Source: Candidatus Heimdallarchaeota archaeon
GTDB taxonomy: Archaea; Asgardarchaeota; Heimdallarchaeia; Heimdallarchaeales; Kariarchaeaceae
NCBI GenBank assembly: GCA_030149205.1
Contig: JASBSB010000001.1
Location: 60,001-92,000, forward strand
Direction of reading: 5' to 3'
DNA: 32,000 nt
In this document: positions 27,216 to 32,000 of the stretch, one piece after another
Position numbering within the stretch: the first letter of the stretch is position 1
Layout of the letters: the number at the start of each line of letters is the position of its first letter
Program-made: the position numbers and the translations under genes
The notes under the pieces: model-generated
What the model was told of the DNA's origin: nothing
The model's input: only the letters and a program-made list of their open reading frames with translations
Databases searched by the model: none

Positions 27216-27578
27216 TCATTCTGATAGGTTTGAATTATTCTGATCCAACCATCTAGTCCCCCATGCTTTCAAATCTTTTAAAACAGGTTTTAATTCTTTT
27301 CCCATTTGAGTCAAAGAGTATTGGATCTTTACAGGTTCTCCAACTGGTGCGTCGACTTCACGTACCAGAAGCCCAATTTTCTCGAGGCGCTTTAAGATTC
27401 TTGAAACTGTTGATGGTGGAACCTCCTTTAATAATCCTTTTTCAATTGAAGATTTTATCTCTAAAAATGTGAGTGTGCCAGATAGAAGATTGTTAATTAC
27501 AATAAAATCCCATTTCGACTGTAAGAGAAGAGCAGCTTGAGATAAGGGACAAACTTCATTTTCTGATTGAGATTTCAT
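27216..27578 (-). CDS. HxlR (MarR/DUF24) family winged-helix regulator
   Basis: CPLSQAALLLQSKW, STVSRILKRLE, YSLTQMGKEL.PVL..L..WG. Confidence 0.9.
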   Translation of the reverse strand: MKSQSENEVCPLSQAALLLQSKWDFIVINNLLSGTLTFLEIKSSIEKGLLKEVPPSTVSRILKRLEKIGLLVREVDAPVGEPVKIQYSLTQMGKELKPVLKDLKAWGTRWLDQNNSNLSE

Positions 27579-27655
27579 TTAATTCAACTCTCGTACTAAA
27601 AATACTCCTTCGATTATTTAAAAACTCGTAAACCAGTATGTAAATCTGTATTAGT

Positions 27656-28042
27656 TCAAAGTGAATAGGGCCATACGGTTGAGGTCGTAAGATAAAGCAT
27701 CAAAACTAAACCAAAGATAGTGAAATTCTTTAGGAAATTAGTCATTTCACTCATTTTCATTTGCGGGTCACTCACAGACCAAAAATTATGCATCATTGGA
27801 GTGACTCCAAGGAAAAATAGTGCTAATGCTCCCAATCCTACTTGTGGATAATACCCAGTTAGTAAACTCAATCCACCAATGACTAGTAAAAGTCCACTCC
27901 CTAAAACACTAAGCTTAGCAAATGGGATATGCTTTGAAGCAGCATATTGGCTCATCATCTCTAGTTTGGTGAAATGATTCACTGCAAACATCAACATTAA
28001 TAATCCAGCAATTATACGTCCAATTAAGAATATTTCATTCAA
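27656..28042 (-). CDS. DoxX family membrane protein
   Basis: FLIGRII, NHF, TPMMHNFW and NFLKN. AAGGTGA SD upstream. Confidence 0.88.
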   Translation of the reverse strand: MNEIFLIGRIIAGLLMLMFAVNHFTKLEMMSQYAASKHIPFAKLSVLGSGLLLVIGGLSLLTGYYPQVGLGALALFFLGVTPMMHNFWSVSDPQMKMSEMTNFLKNFTIFGLVLMLYLTTSTVWPYSL

Positions 28043-28158
28043 TACGATAATAAATCACCTTTTGGTATCCAATAGTATTTTAATACTTATTTATATTTTG
28101 TTCTATTACCAAATTCCGTTTGTAAAGAAAATAAATGTAGTTTAGACATGTGAGATAT

Positions 28159-28166
28159 TTTATATA
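28159..28166 (+). promoter_or_regulatory. Putative TATA box (TTTATATA) for the ABC-2 operon, probably leaderless
   Basis: Ends 22 nt before the TTG start at 28189, with no SD in between. Confidence 0.45.
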
Positions 28167-28188
28167 GGAAAAAACAATTTTAGAAATA

Positions 28189-29121
28189 TTGACGGTGCTT
28201 GAAACTGAAAATCTTTCAAAAATCTACACAGAGAGGAAAGAAGAGATCATTGCCCTAGACTCAGTAAGTCTTGAAGTAAAGGATGGTACCACGGCTTTAT
28301 TAGGTCCGAATGGGAGTGGTAAATCAACTTTAATTAAGATTATTCTGGGCCTTACCCCTCCAACATCAGGAAAATATTCATTGTTTAGAGACTCTGCAAA
28401 CACAAAAAGTTCCATCACCGATCGTATCGGCTATATGCCTGAGACACCTTCTCTTATTTCAGGGGTGAATGCAGTGAAATTCATTCGTCACATGGGAATG
28501 CTGAGTGGGTTAAGTCGAACTCGAGCCATGCAGAGAGCACATGAGGTTTTGGATTATGTAGGGATTACTGAGGCAAGATACCGTACGATTAACAGTTATT
28601 CTACAGGGATGAAACAAAGAATTTTATTTGCTCAGGCTTTGGTAAATGATCCTGAGTTTATTATTCTAGATGAGCCCACCACTGGACTTTCTCCAGAGGG
28701 AAGGGAGAGTATGCTGTTCTTAATTAAAGAAATATCACAAAAATATGGAAAATCAATTATGTTTTCGACTCATATTCTTCCTGATGTTGAGAAGATCTGC
28801 AAACAGTTGATTATATTGAACTATGGAAAATTGGTATATCAAGGTGACTTCAGTGAAGCTGCTAAGAACTTCAGAGGGAAATATGAGGTCATTTTAAATC
28901 ATTACAATGAAAAAGTGAAACAGCTATTTTCTGAGCGATCTATTGAGATTCAAAGAGATATTCAACATTCAACCAAATTATATCTAAATACTGAACAAAA
29001 TTTAACACTTTCAGATATTACTGATATATTCGATAACACAGATTTCAAACTGTTGGCATTTAGAAAACAGCAACCTAATTTTGAAGATATATTCATTAAT
29101 CTGCTTAGGCAGAAAAATTGA
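28189..29121 (+). CDS. ABC transporter ATP-binding protein
   Basis: GPNGSGKST, YSTGMKQR, ILDEPTTGL and STHIL. Confidence 0.93.
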   Translation: MTVLETENLSKIYTERKEEIIALDSVSLEVKDGTTALLGPNGSGKSTLIKIILGLTPPTSGKYSLFRDSANTKSSITDRIGYMPETPSLISGVNAVKFIRHMGMLSGLSRTRAMQRAHEVLDYVGITEARYRTINSYSTGMKQRILFAQALVNDPEFIILDEPTTGLSPEGRESMLFLIKEISQKYGKSIMFSTHILPDVEKICKQLIILNYGKLVYQGDFSEAAKNFRGKYEVILNHYNEKVKQLFSERSIEIQRDIQHSTKLYLNTEQNLTLSDITDIFDNTDFKLLAFRKQQPNFEDIFINLLRQKN

Positions 29122-29133
29122 GGTGAAAAACTT

Positions 29134-30243
29134 ATGGTACAAGATGATAATCTAGATGTTGAAAATCCAGTAATAACAAAAGGTAAAAAAGAGGGGAAAA
29201 CAAGTTCTTTTGTGGAGAAAATTGAGGATGAAGAGTCTATTATATTCGATAACAGATATAGACCCTTGAAACCTGAAGATAAATCAAAGGATAGTACCCA
29301 ACAGGACCTTAAGACAATTACAAGGTTTGAAATCTCAAAAGGGTTTAGTGGTCGCTGGGCAAAAGTCCCTTTGATTTTAGCTGGTTTTTTCCTTTTTATT
29401 TCAATAACTGCCTTGACTGCCCTTTTAATTTTACCCGAATCAAGTTACCTAAACAATTTAGAATACTTTTCAGCTTTTTTCCTTACTCCTACAGCTGGAC
29501 CTGGATCTCTTATTTCAATTCAGGTCGCAGTGGTATGCTCTGGATTGATTGCTTCTGACCTAAAAGATAAAACCTTACCAATTTATATGACAAAGGTAAA
29601 TATGAAGGACTACTTTATTTCAAAATTTTCTGCGTCACTAGTTTTAAGCTATATTGGGCTACCGTTCTTTTCTTTGGTTTATTTTGTAATTGTTATATAT
29701 AAAAGGGGATTTCCAAATATTTTTGTCGATATACCGACCTGGATCTATGATTGGTTTATGGGTGTTTTAGGATTGCAAACTTATAGAGCGATCCCTTATG
29801 GAGTGCTTCTATTAGGGGATTACCTTCTAATCTTATCAAAGATAATAGCTTTTTCAATTCTTCTTATACTTGTTTACAGTTCTATTATTCTTTTCCTCTC
29901 ATCTTCAACGGAACGAGCGATTAATGCAGGAGTCCTATTCATTGTTTTCATAATAGCTTCGAACATTATCTTTGAAGAAATCTTGTACGAAACCACCAAC
30001 ATAGAATTCTTTCAGTATTTTAGCCCTGTAACATCATTGCGTAATGTCTACAGAAAGATTTTTGTTGTAAATTTAGCCACTGGGACAAGTTTTGGAGGAT
30101 TTGGAGCTCCATCCTCAACTGTTTCTAAACCATCCAACTCTGTCTATTTAAGTAGTCTATTGGCGCTTATATTAATGATCATTGGCTCGTTGTATGGTAC
30201 ATATTGGAATTTAAAGAGATATGCAAGGAGGGGATTTACATAA
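29134..30243 (+). CDS. ABC-2 type transporter permease
   Basis: About six TM segments and IASDLKDKTLPIYMTK..MKDYFISK. GAGGTGA SD. Confidence 0.85.
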   Translation: MVQDDNLDVENPVITKGKKEGKTSSFVEKIEDEESIIFDNRYRPLKPEDKSKDSTQQDLKTITRFEISKGFSGRWAKVPLILAGFFLFISITALTALLILPESSYLNNLEYFSAFFLTPTAGPGSLISIQVAVVCSGLIASDLKDKTLPIYMTKVNMKDYFISKFSASLVLSYIGLPFFSLVYFVIVIYKRGFPNIFVDIPTWIYDWFMGVLGLQTYRAIPYGVLLLGDYLLILSKIIAFSILLILVYSSIILFLSSSTERAINAGVLFIVFIIASNIIFEEILYETTNIEFFQYFSPVTSLRNVYRKIFVVNLATGTSFGGFGAPSSTVSKPSNSVYLSSLLALILMIIGSLYGTYWNLKRYARRGFT

Positions 30244-31184
30244 ATAGAATAAAATTTAACAACGTCTCAAAGTTTTATGGAGAGATAATTGGACTGAACG
30301 AGGTAAGTTTTAGTTTCAATAAGGGCATTATAGGACTGGTTGGAACAAATGGTGCTGGAAAATCTACCACAATCAAATTGTGTACCTCATTAATCAAGGA
30401 AGATATTGGTACAGTCACAGTAAACGGTGAGGAAATTTGGTTAAATTACGATTACTTGTCAAAAATGGGTTACGCAGCAGAAAAGGATAGACAATTCAAT
30501 TGGATGAGTGGAAGAGAATTCTTGGAATGGAATGGTAAAATGTTCAATCTAGATTCACAAACACTTACAAAACGAATAAAATCAATTCTTGATTTAGTTG
30601 GCTTAAAAGATGCTGCAGATAGAAAAATTCAGGGATACTCTAGAGGAATGCGACAACGGATTAAAATAGGACAAACACTGTTAAATGATCCAGAAATAAT
30701 TTTTGTTGATGAGCCAATGTCTGGAACTGACCCCTTAGGACGAATAATGATTGCTGATACATTTACAAGATTATACAAGGATTTAGGGGCTACCATAGTT
30801 TTATCTTCACACGTCCTTCATGAATTAGAGCGTTTAAGCACGTCTCTCATAATAATTGATCAGGGAAAGCTGGTTGCAAAGGGATCATCTGAACAAATAC
30901 GTGAGAAACTATCAGGGTTTCCCAGAAAATTCAGAATACATTGTGATAACTCAAGGGAAGTATTGAAATCTCTGGTTGACCTGGTAATAGATATCACAAT
31001 TAAATCTGATGGGGTTTTAGACATTACAACCAAAAAGTTCTATGATGTAGAGAATCAATTGTTACAAATCCAAAAAAGTGGAGTGTCAACTATCTTTGAG
31101 TTTTATCCCTTAGATTCTGACTTAAATAGTGTCTATTCTTTACTTAAAGCCCCCATCCCAGAAGAGGAGGAGTTGATGCAATGA
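30204..31184 (+). CDS. ABC transporter ATP-binding protein
   Basis: GTNGAGKST, YSRGMRQR, FVDEPMSG and SSHVL. The real start may be ATA at 30240. Confidence 0.92.
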   Translation: MEFKEICKEGIYINRIKFNNVSKFYGEIIGLNEVSFSFNKGIIGLVGTNGAGKSTTIKLCTSLIKEDIGTVTVNGEEIWLNYDYLSKMGYAAEKDRQFNWMSGREFLEWNGKMFNLDSQTLTKRIKSILDLVGLKDAADRKIQGYSRGMRQRIKIGQTLLNDPEIIFVDEPMSGTDPLGRIMIADTFTRLYKDLGATIVLSSHVLHELERLSTSLIIIDQGKLVAKGSSEQIREKLSGFPRKFRIHCDNSREVLKSLVDLVIDITIKSDGVLDITTKKFYDVENQLLQIQKSGVSTIFEFYPLDSDLNSVYSLLKAPIPEEEELMQ

Positions 31185-32000
31185 ATTTCAGATTACTTCA
31201 AGTACCCCAACTGTTTGAGAATTTCAAAAAGGACTTCAAATTTAGTCGACCTGTATATCAATTATCTTTACGTGAGTTAAGGGTAAAGAAATCAACATGG
31301 GGCCTGTTCCTCTTAATGTTCTTTCCGTGGTTGATTGAAATGATAATTTTTGTTTACGCAGTGCTTCCCACAAATTCATTGATTAACGTTAGCAATGCAC
31401 CAAATTTAACTAATGGAGGTTTTTGGCGTACATATTATAGAATTCACCTCGATACAGTCTTGCCGTATTTTGTGACAATGGCTACTTTACTGATAGGAAC
31501 GAGTATGTACCAAGATGAAATCAAAGATGAAACAATTAGCTACATTATGACTAAACCGATAAAAAGAAGTTATATCTTTCTCCAAAAATTCCTAGCATAT
31601 TTCAAGGTCATAACTTTGATAACAATACCCGCGGTGGTTATTCAATATTTGACTGCGTTTTTATTTACTGCAAGATATGACTCAGCTTTCAATTATTCAC
31701 GTCCTCTTATTGATCTCCCCACCTTGCTTTATATCAACATATTTGATCTTTTTTTAGTCGTTATTTCGGTTATTGTTATCACTTCAACTTTAGGTGCTAT
31801 ATTTATTTTTACGGGTTTGATGGTAAATCGTCCCCTACTCTTGAATCTATTTTTAGGTTTTAGTATATTGATTGAACAAATACTTATTGATTTAATTGAT
31901 AACAGAATAGAACCCCTATATCTTGGAATCAATATTCTGGCGAGACAGGTACTAGGATTCGAAACTGTCTTTCCAAATTTTTTTCTACGCAGAGAAATCC
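31181..32000 (+). CDS. ABC-2 type transporter permease (3'-truncated, absent from the ORF track)
   Basis: ATGA overlap with the upstream stop and GGAGGAG SD. Hand translation stays open to the window end and includes YQDEIKDETISYIMTKPIKRSYIFLQKF. Confidence 0.88.
   Translation, partial: MNFRLLQVPQLFENFKKDFKFSRPVYQLSLRELRVKKSTWGLFLLMFFPWLIEMIIFVYAVLPTNSLINVSNAPNLTNGGFWRTYYRIHLDTVLPYFVTMATLLIGTSMYQDEIKDETISYIMTKPIKRSYIFLQKFLAYFKVITLITIPAVVIQYLTAFLFTARYDSAFNYSRPLIDLPTLLYINIFDLFLVVISVIVITSTLGAIFIFTGLMVNRPLLLNLFLGFSILIEQILIDLIDNRIEPLYLGINILARQVLGFETVFPNFFLRREI

Noticed and set aside
168-31932. Short overlapping ORFs in the track (for example 168-410, 1592-1975, 2482-2742, 3805-4089, 7530-7874, 8012-8206, 8845-9030, 10924-11280, 12013-12246, 12644-12856, 14230-14484, 15968-16330, 16550-16810, 18606-18860, 20591-20827, 22690-22941, 23407-23628, 25091-25381, 27263-27472, 28224-28418, 31729-31932)
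   Set aside because: All lie inside well-supported genes, antisense or out of frame, and show no family motifs. They are treated as shadow ORFs.
1-32000. tRNA, rRNA, CRISPR arrays, IS/transposases, integrases
   Set aside because: Intergenic gaps are short and AT-rich with no GC-rich cloverleaf or spaced direct repeats, and no ORF has transposase or integrase motifs. This was checked by eye only.

Overview
AT-rich, gene-dense archaeal window, most likely from an Asgard archaeon (Heimdallarchaeia-like). This is inferred from archaeal-type EF-2 and L40e, GGTG(A)-type SD motifs and several eukaryote-like proteins. About 31 CDSs, two of which the ORF track misses (rpl40e at 14664-14828 and a 3'-truncated ABC permease from 31181); moeA is 5'-truncated. 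Ordinary genes: MoeA, a GT2/nucleotide-sugar dehydrogenase/GT2 glycosylation trio, a PLP enzyme, crcB-DUF190-DUF47, IorA, an orphan C5 methyltransferase, a heterodimeric ABC exporter, two phosphohexomutases, Nnr, DoxX/HxlR and an ABC-2 system. The most interesting signals are candidate eukaryotic-signature proteins: (1) 24126-24950 aligns by eye with the PAT-complex/multipass-translocon subunit CCDC47 (DUF1682); (2) a four-TM protein resembling the COPI-associated/Tvp15 family; (3) a Rab-like GTPase fused to a longin/uDENN-like domain; (4) a stand-alone folliculin/SMCR8-like longin protein; (5) an EF-2 paralog with HTG instead of HRG; (6) a stand-alone L40e with a eukaryote-type C-x4-C knuckle. 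Two genes appear to start at ATT/ATA. No tRNA, rRNA, CRISPR array or mobile element was seen. All homology calls were made by eye against remembered family motifs and need HMM or structure confirmation.
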